From a virus, in the IMG/VR virus record IMGVR_UViG_3300042867_001113: 64,000 nucleotides of DNA. One strand, written 5' to 3'. The notes under the pieces are model-generated. The model saw only the letters and a list, made by a program, of their open reading frames with translations, made no database searches and was not told the origin of the DNA. Positions 54,081 to 63,448 of this stretch are shown one piece after another. Each line of letters opens with the position of its first letter. The first letter of the stretch is position 1. The position numbers were made by a program, and so were the translations under genes.

Positions 54081-56972
54081 TCAGACGACGAACCAGTTGG
54101 ACCCGTCGCTGATCACGGTCGCAGAGTCGAACTGCACGAGCAGCGCGTAGCTGGCCGAGCCATCGATCGTCTGGCCCGACGCGGCTGCGACGGAGCAGGC
54201 GTTGGCCGAGTCGTCAGTGCGCTTGACGAGGATCTTGCGACCCCGGTTCATCGCGGCCTGCGGCAGAGTGATCACCGCAGCCGAAGCCGCAGCACTCACA
54301 AGCACGACGTCAGATGCGAGGCTGACCGACGCGCTGGCCGACGCAATCTGCACGGGCGAGAGGCGGCTGGAGATCATGAGGGCGCTTTCCTGACGGAAAG
54401 ACGAACTCACGAAGCCAGTCGCTTCGACCACGAACGACACGGTGTTGGCCGTGGTCTGCGAGCTGCCGCAAGAGACGGTGTAGACCGCTTCCGAGGACAG
54501 CAGCGAACCAAGCTGGTTGCCGGGGACCGCCGACGTGGTCATCGGGATACGACGAGCCGACGGAACCTCTGGATGCGCGCCCGAGTCGGTGCCGAAGTAG
54601 AAGACGTACTTCAAGCCCGCAGTGAGCACGGTGGATGGGTTGGTGACCAACACGCGACGGCTTTTCGCGAAGCCGGGGAGGGCGTCGCCAGTGCCAGTCG
54701 GCATCGTGTAGATGCTGAAGAACGGGCGCTGAGCGCTCGCCGTCGAGTCCATCGTCACGACCGCGTAGCCGCTCAGACCACCCAGCGTCGCTGGGGTACG
54801 GGTACCGTCGAAAAGGTACCAGTTGATTTTGCTGGCAGCGACGGCGTTCTTGAAGTACCAGCCCGAACGATTCGAGGGGTCGAGCGTGCCGGGTTCACCG
54901 TCGGCGTACACGCCAGCGGTGTTCTCAAACACCGGCACCGTGTCGACGTAGGTTTCGAGAGCGAAGGCCCGAGCCGCGAGCGCGACGTAGCCAGCTTCCC
55001 GTGACGCAGTTTCAGCCGCGAGACTGAAAGTCAGGGCTGCGTCTCCGTCCTGCCGCGCGACGGCTTCGTCGTCGATGCGAACACCGAGCGCGACGTCGGC
55101 CAGCAGCCGAGCGTTGGCCTCACCGTCGATGCGACCGCCGAGCGCAGTGTCAGCAGCGGCGCGGGCGCCCGCTTCGCTGGTGACACGGGTGTCGAGGGCG
55201 CTGTCCGCAGAAGCGCGGGCAGAAGCCTCGGAGGTCACGCGGGTATCGAGGGCGCTGTCCGCAGCGACGCGGGCAGTTTCCTCGGACGCGATGCTGGTCT
55301 GCAACAGGCCATCGGCAGACGAACGGGTCGTCGCTTCGCTGTCGATGGCGGTTTGCAGAGCAACGTCGGCAGACGAGCGAGCCAAGACTTCGCCGTCGAT
55401 GCGGGCATCGAGAGCAAGGTCAGCGGTCGAACGAGCGGAGGACTCGGTGTCAACCGCAGTTTGCAGAGCGGCATCACCAGCGATGCGCGCAGCGACTTCG
55501 TTGTCGACGAGAACACCAAGGGCGGTGTCAGCGGCCAGACGGGCAGCGGCTTCAGCAACGTCAGCGGCCAGACGAGCGGCGGTTTCCACTGCGAGATCAG
55601 CCGAGGCCGAGGAGGCCAAGGACGAGATCGCGCCGTTGATGGTGCCGTCGGCAGCTTGGAACGCGGCAACAATCTCCGTCAGCGAGTCAATCGCAGTCGG
55701 GTCAAGGTTGCTCAGGACGTTGTCGATCCGAACGCCCAAGGCGTTGTCGGCAGCCAGACGGGCAGCGGCTTCGCCACTGACCGCAGACACCCGAGCAGCG
55801 GCTTCAGCATCGACCGCAGCTTGCAGAGCGATGTCGGCAGAAGCACGCGAGGCGGCTTCGGAGTCGACCGCAGCTTGCAGGCCAGCGTCACCAGCGACGC
55901 GCAGGGTGATTTCACCGTCGACGCGCAGGCCGAGGGCAACGTCACCAGCAGCGCGAGCAGCGACTTCGTCGGCGATGGCCGAGTTGATCGCAATGTCGGC
56001 GGCTTCACGGGCGCTGACTTCGTCGTCGATGCGAACACCGAGGGCAGAGTCAGCCGCGCCACGAGCAGAAGCCTCAGTGTCGATCCGACCACCGAGAATA
56101 ACGTCAGACGAGGCGCGCGAGGCGGACTCGGTGTCGATTCGGCTGTTGATCGAGACGTCAGCAGCCTGACGTTCGTTGACTTCGGTCGTGATCTGGTTGC
56201 CGAGGGCAACGTCAGCAGCCAACCGAGCGGCAGCTTCGGCTGTCACGGCAACGTCACGGGCGCTGATCTCGTCGTCGATACGGATACCAAGGGCGGTATC
56301 GGCGCCAGCACGAGAGACAGCCTCGGAATCGAGGTTGCTCTGCAGCAGGGCGTCGGCAGCGATGCGCGCCGTGGCTTCGCCGTCGAGCGAGAGGCTCAGG
56401 GCGTCGTCAGCCGCGATGCGGGCATTCGACTCCGCAAGGATCTCGTTCGCACGAGCGGTGGCTTCCGCCATGATCGCCGCGATGCGGTCGCTGATTTCTT
56501 GGTTCAGGTCGGTACGCAGGGCGTCGTCGCCTTGGGTACGGGCCAGAATCTCAGCGGTCAGGTCGACGCTGGCGGCGTTCGACAGGGCCGTGATGGCGCC
56601 CTGAAGATTGCTGTCGGCGTTCTGGAAAGCCAACACCAGCTCGGCCAGCGAGTTGAGCGCCGTACCGTCGGTGTTGCTCAGCAGGTTGTTGATCTGGCTC
56701 TGGAGGCCAGCGATGTCACCGCTGATGATCGATGAGACGGCGTCGTCGACGTATTTCTTGGTCGAGGCTTGGCTGTCGGACGTCGGGGTGACGAGCGAGA
56801 GCTTGGACTGGGTGATCACGCCGTCGGACAGTTGGCCGTTGCCAATCTGAGCGGCCTTGATCACGTTGCCCATACGCTGAAGGACGAGACCTTCAGGCAG
56901 GGTGCTGATGTTGAGAACTTCGGTGGCGTTGTCAGCTGCCTTGAGCTTTGCAACGTATGGCTTGAACGTCAT
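54081..56972 (-). CDS. long coiled-coil fibre protein
   Basis: Many E-xxx-R-xxx-D-xx-L units of mostly 18 residues; two (L/I)(D/N)SLxE knots; AGGAG RBS. Confidence 0.85.
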   Translation of the reverse strand: MTFKPYVAKLKAADNATEVLNISTLPEGLVLQRMGNVIKAAQIGNGQLSDGVITQSKLSLVTPTSDSQASTKKYVDDAVSSIISGDIAGLQSQINNLLSNTDGTALNSLAELVLAFQNADSNLQGAITALSNAASVDLTAEILARTQGDDALRTDLNQEISDRIAAIMAEATARANEILAESNARIAADDALSLSLDGEATARIAADALLQSNLDSEAVSRAGADTALGIRIDDEISARDVAVTAEAAARLAADVALGNQITTEVNERQAADVSINSRIDTESASRASSDVILGGRIDTEASARGAADSALGVRIDDEVSAREAADIAINSAIADEVAARAAGDVALGLRVDGEITLRVAGDAGLQAAVDSEAASRASADIALQAAVDAEAAARVSAVSGEAAARLAADNALGVRIDNVLSNLDPTAIDSLTEIVAAFQAADGTINGAISSLASSASADLAVETAARLAADVAEAAARLAADTALGVLVDNEVAARIAGDAALQTAVDTESSARSTADLALDARIDGEVLARSSADVALQTAIDSEATTRSSADGLLQTSIASEETARVAADSALDTRVTSEASARASADSALDTRVTSEAGARAAADTALGGRIDGEANARLLADVALGVRIDDEAVARQDGDAALTFSLAAETASREAGYVALAARAFALETYVDTVPVFENTAGVYADGEPGTLDPSNRSGWYFKNAVAASKINWYLFDGTRTPATLGGLSGYAVVTMDSTASAQRPFFSIYTMPTGTGDALPGFAKSRRVLVTNPSTVLTAGLKYVFYFGTDSGAHPEVPSARRIPMTTSAVPGNQLGSLLSSEAVYTVSCGSSQTTANTVSFVVEATGFVSSSFRQESALMISSRLSPVQIASASASVSLASDVVLVSAAASAAVITLPQAAMNRGRKILVKRTDDSANACSVAAASGQTIDGSASYALLVQFDSATVISDGSNWFVV

Positions 56973-57027
56973 TTTATACTCCTAGACCGATGGTTGAGTG
57001 ACAGGGGCTGACTATTGAATGACAGGC

Positions 57028-58044
57028 TCAGATGATGAACCAGTCCCCGCTATCCTTTTGAACGGTGGCGCTTTCCCACTGAACAATAAGTTTTATCGAG
57101 GCTTTCGCATCAACTGTTCCAACTGAAGGAACCAAAACTACATGGTTTGGCGACGTATCAACCTTCTTTACGTTGAAGATTGATCCGATGCTCCCGTCCA
57201 AAGTGACTGTTATTTCCCCAGCCGAGGCGTCCACTAGAATTGTAAAGTCGCTTGGAAGAGTCGTCGTGTCCGTAGCGACGCTACGGATGGCGTTTGACCC
57301 TCCCCCAGAAGGGATTGCGGTCGAAACGCTGGTGATACGACCCTTGTTGTCGACGGTGATGACAGGTATGGCCGACGATCCTCCATAGGATCCAGCAGCC
57401 ACCCCTGAGGTGACCAAAGTCGGGCTTGGATAGGTGCCTGTGAGGTCGCCGCCTGCCGGGCCCGATGGAGGAGCGCCACCGACCGCGACAGTGCTCGCCG
57501 CTGTGACCCGTCCATCGACGTCGATGGTGACGACCGGAATCTGCGTAGCGGAACCATATGGTCCTGCCACAACGCCAGTGGACTGGAGCTGTGTCGGACC
57601 GACAGTGTTGGCTGCGATGGTCGGGTTCGGATACGTCCCCGCGAGGGAGCCCCCCGCTGGTCCAGTAGGAGAGCCTCCGCCTCCACCGCCGAGTGGCAAC
57701 CAATCCGCCCCATCCCATACATACATGACGAGCGGGGAGCGAGTGACGCGGGTGTCGCCCAGCTGGTTGCCAACGGACGGAAGGTCAGACGCTTGATAGA
57801 CCGTCGGACGCCAGTTCTGACCCAGCGGCCACGCCGGAACCAGCTCGTTGAGAAGCTCGCCGGGTGAGGGGATGATCTCGACGGTCAGTTTTCCAGCCGC
57901 CAACATCTGCTGGAGGCCCATCATGTTCCCCATCTCGACAGGAGAACGGGACACGGAAATTGGTCGTCCAGATCGCAACGTCACGTAGAGATCCCTGAGC
58001 CAGAGATCCTCTGTCGAGATGTTCGTGATGCGGAGCTGAGACAT
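57028..58044 (-). CDS. short fibre/decoration protein
   Basis: MSQLRITN anchor paralog; GPAGG.L.GTYP repeats. Confidence 0.85.
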   Translation of the reverse strand: MSQLRITNISTEDLWLRDLYVTLRSGRPISVSRSPVEMGNMMGLQQMLAAGKLTVEIIPSPGELLNELVPAWPLGQNWRPTVYQASDLPSVGNQLGDTRVTRSPLVMYVWDGADWLPLGGGGGGSPTGPAGGSLAGTYPNPTIAANTVGPTQLQSTGVVAGPYGSATQIPVVTIDVDGRVTAASTVAVGGAPPSGPAGGDLTGTYPSPTLVTSGVAAGSYGGSSAIPVITVDNKGRITSVSTAIPSGGGSNAIRSVATDTTTLPSDFTILVDASAGEITVTLDGSIGSIFNVKKVDTSPNHVVLVPSVGTVDAKASIKLIVQWESATVQKDSGDWFII

Positions 58045-58152
58045 TATGCGGGTGTCCTCAGTTGAAGTATCTGGGGCTTCTACTACGATCGCAACTTTGC
58101 TGTGCTACCGTTTCTGAGCCCGGTGCGGTACTGGGAAGCAACTAGGGACACC

Positions 58153-59286
58153 ATGAGCTACAAAGCCGATTTCTCACGCTTCGCTGGTTTGTCCACACTC
58201 CCCGGTCTCGACGAGGGTGTAAAGGACGAGGCATACCGAGAGGGTCTCGCTGCAGGTGATGCAGTTGTGAAGGCTCTGACCCTCGGTTGGGCCAAGACTC
58301 CCAAGGAGAACACCAAGAAGGCGTGGGCACCCATCGTCGCCAAGTATGCAGGCGATCAGGAGTTCATGAACGACTCTCAGTGGGCCAAAGGCTTCGGGTC
58401 CGCGCTCACCGGCCACTACGGCAAGGAGATGAAGCTCGAATTCATCGCGCCGCTCGTGCGAGGCGCGATTGCGGTCGCGAAGTCTCCTGCTGGGCGCGCA
58501 GCGGCTTCGGCGGTCGGCCAGTATGCGGCGAAGGCGATCGGTCGCGCTGTCGTTCAGAAGGTCGACGCTGCGCAGCTCTCTCCGGGCAAGTACCACGACG
58601 AGCACGGCAAGTGTCCTCCCGGGTATCGCCGCAACAAGGCTGACACAAAGTGCGTGCCTGCTGGAAAGACCGAGTCCTCCAGCCTCCTCGCCCTCGCTGC
58701 TCGCGTTCGGATGTCCAAGACCGAGGCTGAAGAAGACGTTGCTGCGACCATCTTGAAGCAGATGGGTGGCTTCGGTCGGCTGAAGGCGATGATCGGCGCC
58801 AAGAATTTCTCGAAAACTGCCGACAGCCTCACGTTCCAGTGGCCGAGCAAGCAGCGGTCGACGGGCAACGCCCTCAAGGTCACGCTGAAGGGCGACGACA
58901 CCTATGATATGGAGTTCTTCAACGGTCCCAAGTCCGTGAAGAAGTACGACGGGGTCTACAACGACCAGCTCAAGAGCATCTTTGAGAAGCAGACCGGGCT
59001 CTACCTCACCATGAGCGCGACGAACGAAGGGGAGCCTCTTGAAGAGGCCTCTGAGGTCGAGAGCAAGGACGACCTTCCGGCCTACGCGCAGCACAACGTG
59101 AAGCGCGTCGAGAAGATGTTCGGTGTGAAGTACAGCACGGCGTGGGCGGGTGGCAACGGCATCATCCTCGTGTTCGACCTCCAGAACCCCCCTCGGATTG
59201 TGAAGGAGACGCTGAAGTCGCTGGCCGACTTGGCGGACTTCCGCTGGGTGGAATTCAACAAAGACGACATCTCCATCGGCTGCTGA
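58153..59286 (+). CDS. putative internal head polyprotein
   Basis: DFSRFAGL...LDE leader; several small domains separated by xxE-(S/A/G) sites. Confidence 0.6.
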   Translation: MSYKADFSRFAGLSTLPGLDEGVKDEAYREGLAAGDAVVKALTLGWAKTPKENTKKAWAPIVAKYAGDQEFMNDSQWAKGFGSALTGHYGKEMKLEFIAPLVRGAIAVAKSPAGRAAASAVGQYAAKAIGRAVVQKVDAAQLSPGKYHDEHGKCPPGYRRNKADTKCVPAGKTESSSLLALAARVRMSKTEAEEDVAATILKQMGGFGRLKAMIGAKNFSKTADSLTFQWPSKQRSTGNALKVTLKGDDTYDMEFFNGPKSVKKYDGVYNDQLKSIFEKQTGLYLTMSATNEGEPLEEASEVESKDDLPAYAQHNVKRVEKMFGVKYSTAWAGGNGIILVFDLQNPPRIVKETLKSLADLADFRWVEFNKDDISIGC

Positions 59287-59339
59287 CTTGAGTTCGACCC
59301 CTTTCCCATCCGAGGTACATTGTGAGCGTCTCCAGCAAA

Positions 59340-60059
59340 ATGCACTATCTACTCGACAAGGCACCGCTGCTTGCTGAGTCGAAGGAAGACGACGACAAGA
59401 AGGTGATCGTCAAGACGCTCCTCGCTGCCTTCAAGAAAGGGGGCTACGACGAGATGATGACGGCTGCCTACACGCTCGAAGGTCATGGCATCTCGAAGCA
59501 GATGCTGTCGAGTCTCCTGCTTGGGATGACCCGTACTGGCGAGTTGGGAGGCGTGTCCGTCCGGTTGACGGTCGACGAGAAGTGGTTGATCGACCAGTAC
59601 GCCTACGACATCCGTGAGTCGAAGGGCTTCCACCACGGCACCGTCCGCCAGTGGCAGAACGGTCGCCACATGAAGAACGGCACCGGCTGGGAGCGCATCA
59701 AGACCGGGCGCTCGCAGGGTCACGCATCGAAAATGCCTACCATCTTCGACGTCGTTCAAGGGAACGTCAGTCCCGAAGCTCTCGGTCCTCCCATCGCGTC
59801 CATGCCCTCCATCGGCGTCGTCGGTGCGTCGGTGCCTGAGATGTCCGTCAGCGAGGCGACCTTGATCCTTCAGGCCCAACTTGAAGGTGAGGAGTCCTTC
59901 GACGAGGACATCATGAAGATGGTGTTCGGCGTCTTGCGAAAGGTGACCGGGCGGAAGAAGCCGATGACGACCAAGGCCGTGACGCCATCCAACGTCACCC
60001 CCGTCAACGTCTACCAGCAGTTTCGGAAGTCCAATCGCACCCGCATGGCAGAGCGTTGA
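59340..60059 (+). CDS. putative internal head protein
   Basis: LAE-S, IRE-S and VSE-A motifs. Confidence 0.55.
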   Translation: MHYLLDKAPLLAESKEDDDKKVIVKTLLAAFKKGGYDEMMTAAYTLEGHGISKQMLSSLLLGMTRTGELGGVSVRLTVDEKWLIDQYAYDIRESKGFHHGTVRQWQNGRHMKNGTGWERIKTGRSQGHASKMPTIFDVVQGNVSPEALGPPIASMPSIGVVGASVPEMSVSEATLILQAQLEGEESFDEDIMKMVFGVLRKVTGRKKPMTTKAVTPSNVTPVNVYQQFRKSNRTRMAER

Positions 60060-60061
60060 AC

Positions 60062-60580
60062 ATGAAGACCATCACTACCCCCAGCGCCAAGGTTCTCACT
60101 TCAAGTGGTGTGGTCGTTGTTGACATCCTCGATGAAAAGTCGGCGAAGAGCGACCAAGGAGACCAGCCTCCGTCGGACATGACGATTTCCAACCTCAAGC
60201 AGGTCATCCGAGACGCCGAGGCGATCCTCGCGAACATCGACCCCGACACAGAGCTGATGGGGTGGGCGGAAGACAAGATCACGCAAGCCAAGGTCGCCGT
60301 CAGCAGCGTCATGAACTACGTCCTGAACGACTTCGTTGAGGAGGCACGCATCGACGAGAAGATTCAGCCTCCCACGTCTCCGAAGGGTCGCGCGGCCTTC
60401 AGCGCGAGCCTCAACGGATGGTCCAAGGCAGCCTCGAAGGTTGCGGGCTCCTATAAAGAGAAGCTGATGCAGGCGAACCCGAAAGAGATCGAGGACCAAG
60501 CGCTCCTCAGTGCTGATCTCGCTCAGGTCTCAAAGCTGCTCGCACTGGTTGCGGACCGGGCCGAGCGGATCAGGAAGTAG
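60062..60580 (+). CDS. putative prohead core / internal protein
   Basis: W..DKITxA....SSV..Y motif that I recall from T4-like myovirus head proteins; LDE and IDE sites. Confidence 0.6.
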   Translation: MKTITTPSAKVLTSSGVVVVDILDEKSAKSDQGDQPPSDMTISNLKQVIRDAEAILANIDPDTELMGWAEDKITQAKVAVSSVMNYVLNDFVEEARIDEKIQPPTSPKGRAAFSASLNGWSKAASKVAGSYKEKLMQANPKEIEDQALLSADLAQVSKLLALVADRAERIRK

Positions 60581-60586
60581 GATCCC

Positions 60587-61480
60587 ATGTCCATTCTTCG
60601 CATCACCAACGTCTCTCCGGGAAAACTGTGGCTGCGCGACCTCTACGCCGAGCTGACTCCGGGGGAGACGGCGACCATAAAACGCACCCCCGCTGAGATG
60701 AGCGACATGGTCGGCCTGCAGGAGTATCTGGCCGAGGGCAAGGTCGTCGTCGATATCGACCTCGACCCTTATGAGCCGCCGGGTGAACTTGTTGCCATCT
60801 GGCCGCTTGGACTCAACTGGCGACCCACGGTCCTTGCCACAGTGAATCTGCCGCTTCTGAAGAACAGGTTGGGTGACACTCGGCTTGTCATCAACCTCCT
60901 CCAGCTGTTCGTCTGGGATGGGACGAATTGGGTGGGTATCGGTGGTGGTGGTGGCGTAGCAGGTGTCACGGGCACCGCCCCGATCAACGTCACGGCAGGC
61001 GCGAATCCCGTCGTGAGCCACAACGCGAGCGGCGCCGCTGCAGGCACCTACGGCGACGCTTCCAACGTCCCGCAGGTCACGGTCGATGCGAAGGGACACG
61101 TCACATCGGCGACCACGGTTCCGATCTCGATCACGACCCCCATCGGGTCGTTCGTCCTCGGCACCGGCCCGATTCAAACGATCAGCGCCAACACCGACCA
61201 GATCACACCCGTCGCCCCGCTGCATCGCATCCAAGTCAGTGGCGGAAACAAAGCCTTGACGTCGACACCGCAGATCAACCTCCCCGGCGCGGTGCTCGGT
61301 CAAGTGGTCTTCATTCAAAATGTTGGAGCCTCGTTCCACGTCGACCTTGCACGCGGAATCGCCGAGGATTTGTCGCTGTCGAACGCCAACATGCGGCTCG
61401 ACCCCGGCGGTACATTCATGTTCGTTTACAACGGCTCATTGTGGGTCGAAGTCGTTCACACGCAGGGCACAACCACATGA
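60587..61480 (+). CDS. short fibre/decoration protein
   Basis: MSILRITN anchor domain highly similar to 45565..48837. Confidence 0.85.
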   Translation: MSILRITNVSPGKLWLRDLYAELTPGETATIKRTPAEMSDMVGLQEYLAEGKVVVDIDLDPYEPPGELVAIWPLGLNWRPTVLATVNLPLLKNRLGDTRLVINLLQLFVWDGTNWVGIGGGGGVAGVTGTAPINVTAGANPVVSHNASGAAAGTYGDASNVPQVTVDAKGHVTSATTVPISITTPIGSFVLGTGPIQTISANTDQITPVAPLHRIQVSGGNKALTSTPQINLPGAVLGQVVFIQNVGASFHVDLARGIAEDLSLSNANMRLDPGGTFMFVYNGSLWVEVVHTQGTTT

Positions 61481-61501
61481 TCGACGTGAGTTTCTAACCG
61501 C

Positions 61502-61987
61502 TCACGTGACAGGCTCCGAGGTTGAGTTTTCTTTGGCCTTGGACTTTCGCTTTTTCTTCTCGGGCTTGTCGGGGACCGCAGACTCAGCGGGCTCCTTCAA
61601 GCCCGTTGTCAGGCCGAAGTGATACAGACGCCCCCACAGGTGCCATCCGCTGGAGAAGCCCGCCTTCTCGGCGGCAGCCGCATAGGAACCGCCTGTGCGA
61701 AGAACTCCAAGCGCCACGTTCACTCGGAGCATCGCGTTCTCGTAGCGCTCTTTGTGCAGACACTCGCGAGAGCAAAACTGCGCTCGCAAGGTCTGACAGA
61801 TCTTCCCGCACGTGAGACATGCCGAGCGGTCAGCGGCCCCGCGTCCTCGTCCTCGTGTTGGAACTCCCGCAACAGCCAGTGTCTTGCGGACCCACTCGTG
61901 TGAACGATTGAGCGCCCCTGCGACTTCGCGGAGATCCTTCCCGAGACCGTACAGCGTGACCGCCTGTTCTTGGATCGGAGTGAGCAT
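61502..61987 (-). CDS. HTH DNA-binding protein with zinc finger
   Basis: LREVAGALNRSHEWV HTH, CxxC..FCSxxC and a second HTH-like segment. Confidence 0.75.
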   Translation of the reverse strand: MLTPIQEQAVTLYGLGKDLREVAGALNRSHEWVRKTLAVAGVPTRGRGRGAADRSACLTCGKICQTLRAQFCSRECLHKERYENAMLRVNVALGVLRTGGSYAAAAEKAGFSSGWHLWGRLYHFGLTTGLKEPAESAVPDKPEKKKRKSKAKENSTSEPVT

Positions 61988-62025
61988 CTCTTCCTGTAGC
62001 TGTTACCAGTCCGTTGTGTAACAGT

Positions 62026-62214
62026 ATGAGCACGCAGTCAACTGCGGAGGTGCGCGTGAACACATCCTCGAACCAACTCGTGCTGACGAGTAGGCCCAGC
62101 GGCGGCGAGCTGCTCTGGGAAGCGTGGCGGATGTCAGTTGAGGGCTTCAGGCGTGTCGCTGCTGGTCTGGACATTGCGCAGGTGTTGAGAGAAGCCCGAA
62201 TGGAGAAGAGATGA
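62026..62214 (+). CDS. hypothetical protein
   Basis: ATGA overlap with the next gene. Confidence 0.5.
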   Translation: MSTQSTAEVRVNTSSNQLVLTSRPSGGELLWEAWRMSVEGFRRVAAGLDIAQVLREARMEKR

Positions 62215-62420
62215 ATGCAAGCGAGTCAGGTGCAGCCCTGCTGCGGGGACGACGGATGCAGACGGGCAAGTGCCCGGACCACGGGATCGTTCTCGTCACG
62301 AAGGGCGACATGATCGAAGGAGATCAAGTCGTCGGTCGGGTCTACAAGTGCCCGAAGGACGAGTGCCAGTTCGAGGTGGTCGCTCGCAGCGGGTCTCGGA
62401 TGATGAAGCTGCTGCGCTAG
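62211..62420 (+). CDS. small zinc-ribbon protein
   Basis: CPDH...CP...C; GGAG RBS. Confidence 0.7.
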   Translation: MNASESGAALLRGRRMQTGKCPDHGIVLVTKGDMIEGDQVVGRVYKCPKDECQFEVVARSGSRMMKLLR

Positions 62421-62659
62421 GCGGCGCGGATGACTTCGGAGCAGGACAACTCAGCGACGCGGACTCGGTGCTTGCGCTTCATGTCGAGCGCTCGCTCAAG
62501 CTCTTGCATGGCGAGGTCGAGGGATGTCTGGACGCGGCGCTCGTCGCTGGGCGGGGCTGAAGCAGCGACAGTCGGATTGATTGGGCGAGCGACACTGACT
62601 TGGGGAACAGCAGTCTCAGCAGAGTCGGTGCTGAAGTTCCAGCGGGTCGCTACGTCCAT
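62417..62659 (-). CDS. hypothetical protein
   Basis: GAGG then ATG. Confidence 0.55.
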   Translation of the reverse strand: MDVATRWNFSTDSAETAVPQVSVARPINPTVAASAPPSDERRVQTSLDLAMQELERALDMKRKHRVRVAELSCSEVIRAA

Positions 62660-62732
62660 GTTGCACCTCTTCAGGTCGAGTCTTCAAGAATTGCGCGACG
62701 GTTGCAACCGTCTCGACACTTCTTCGCCCGTG

Positions 62733-63074
62733 TCAAGATCGACCCTTGCCGTTGGTCAAAGCGTGACGCTCCAGTTTGTCAACACTGCTGACCAGTCGCT
62801 CCAACAGGGAATTTGATTCCGACCCCAAAGCGGTCTGCTCCTTGACCACCAAGAGCAGCTTCTCTGCCATGCGTTCGGTGTCGGCGACTCTCTTGCTCTG
62901 GTCGTCCCCGCGTGCCTTCTCAGCAGCGGCGACAAGAGCTGCCTGAGCAACGACCTGCGTGTGCAGGTCGTTGTTGTTCTTCCACAGGAAGACGACAGCG
63001 ATCATCGGGGCCACGATGAGGAGGCCCGCAATGCCGTAGGTCTTCATGATCAGAGCGAGCAATTCCTCAGGCAT
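62733..63074 (-). CDS. membrane protein (holin-like)
   Basis: N-terminal transmembrane segment followed by a coiled coil; AGGAGG RBS. Confidence 0.65.
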   Translation of the reverse strand: MPEELLALIMKTYGIAGLLIVAPMIAVVFLWKNNNDLHTQVVAQAALVAAAEKARGDDQSKRVADTERMAEKLLLVVKEQTALGSESNSLLERLVSSVDKLERHALTNGKGRS

Positions 63075-63112
63075 CGGCGATCCTCCTGACCGAACAAGAC
63101 TAGCGAACGGGA

Positions 63113-63448
63113 TCAGGAACGCGAATCTGTTGTGCTGGAGGGCGAAAGGTGTCTCTCCGACTTCATGGAATTCAGATGACGCTGGAGCCGTTCAGCCTTG
63201 ACCGCGAAGCCGCTGACGGCGTTGCAAGCGTCTTCAAGGTAGAGAGTAGATATTTCGTGCAGGATCTTCGCGGTCTTTTCATCCAGTTGAACATTCTCAA
63301 AGCGAGAGTGATCTGGAAAATCGTTGAAGACTGCCTGCAACACGCGCAACCACTCGTGCAGGTCGTCGTTCCAAGCCTCCAACGGAGTCTTCGGCTTCGT
63401 TGACGGCCTCAAGAACTTCCAGAAATTGGCGATCCACTGAAACATCAT
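63113..63448 (-). CDS. hypothetical protein
   Basis: GTTAC 9 nt upstream. Confidence 0.65.
   Translation of the reverse strand: MMFQWIANFWKFLRPSTKPKTPLEAWNDDLHEWLRVLQAVFNDFPDHSRFENVQLDEKTAKILHEISTLYLEDACNAVSGFAVKAERLQRHLNSMKSERHLSPSSTTDSRS

Noticed and set aside
55075-56735. Long plus-strand ORFs opposite the coiled-coil fibre, and similar antisense ORFs elsewhere (e.g. 12979..14349, 58174..59364)
   Set aside because: Shadow ORFs expected from GC-rich codon bias; no RBS or recognisable motifs
48480-60960. Oppositely oriented anchor-domain paralogs as an invertible (shufflon-like) segment
   Set aside because: The copies differ at many synonymous positions, there is no long identical crossover site, and no recombinase is in the window
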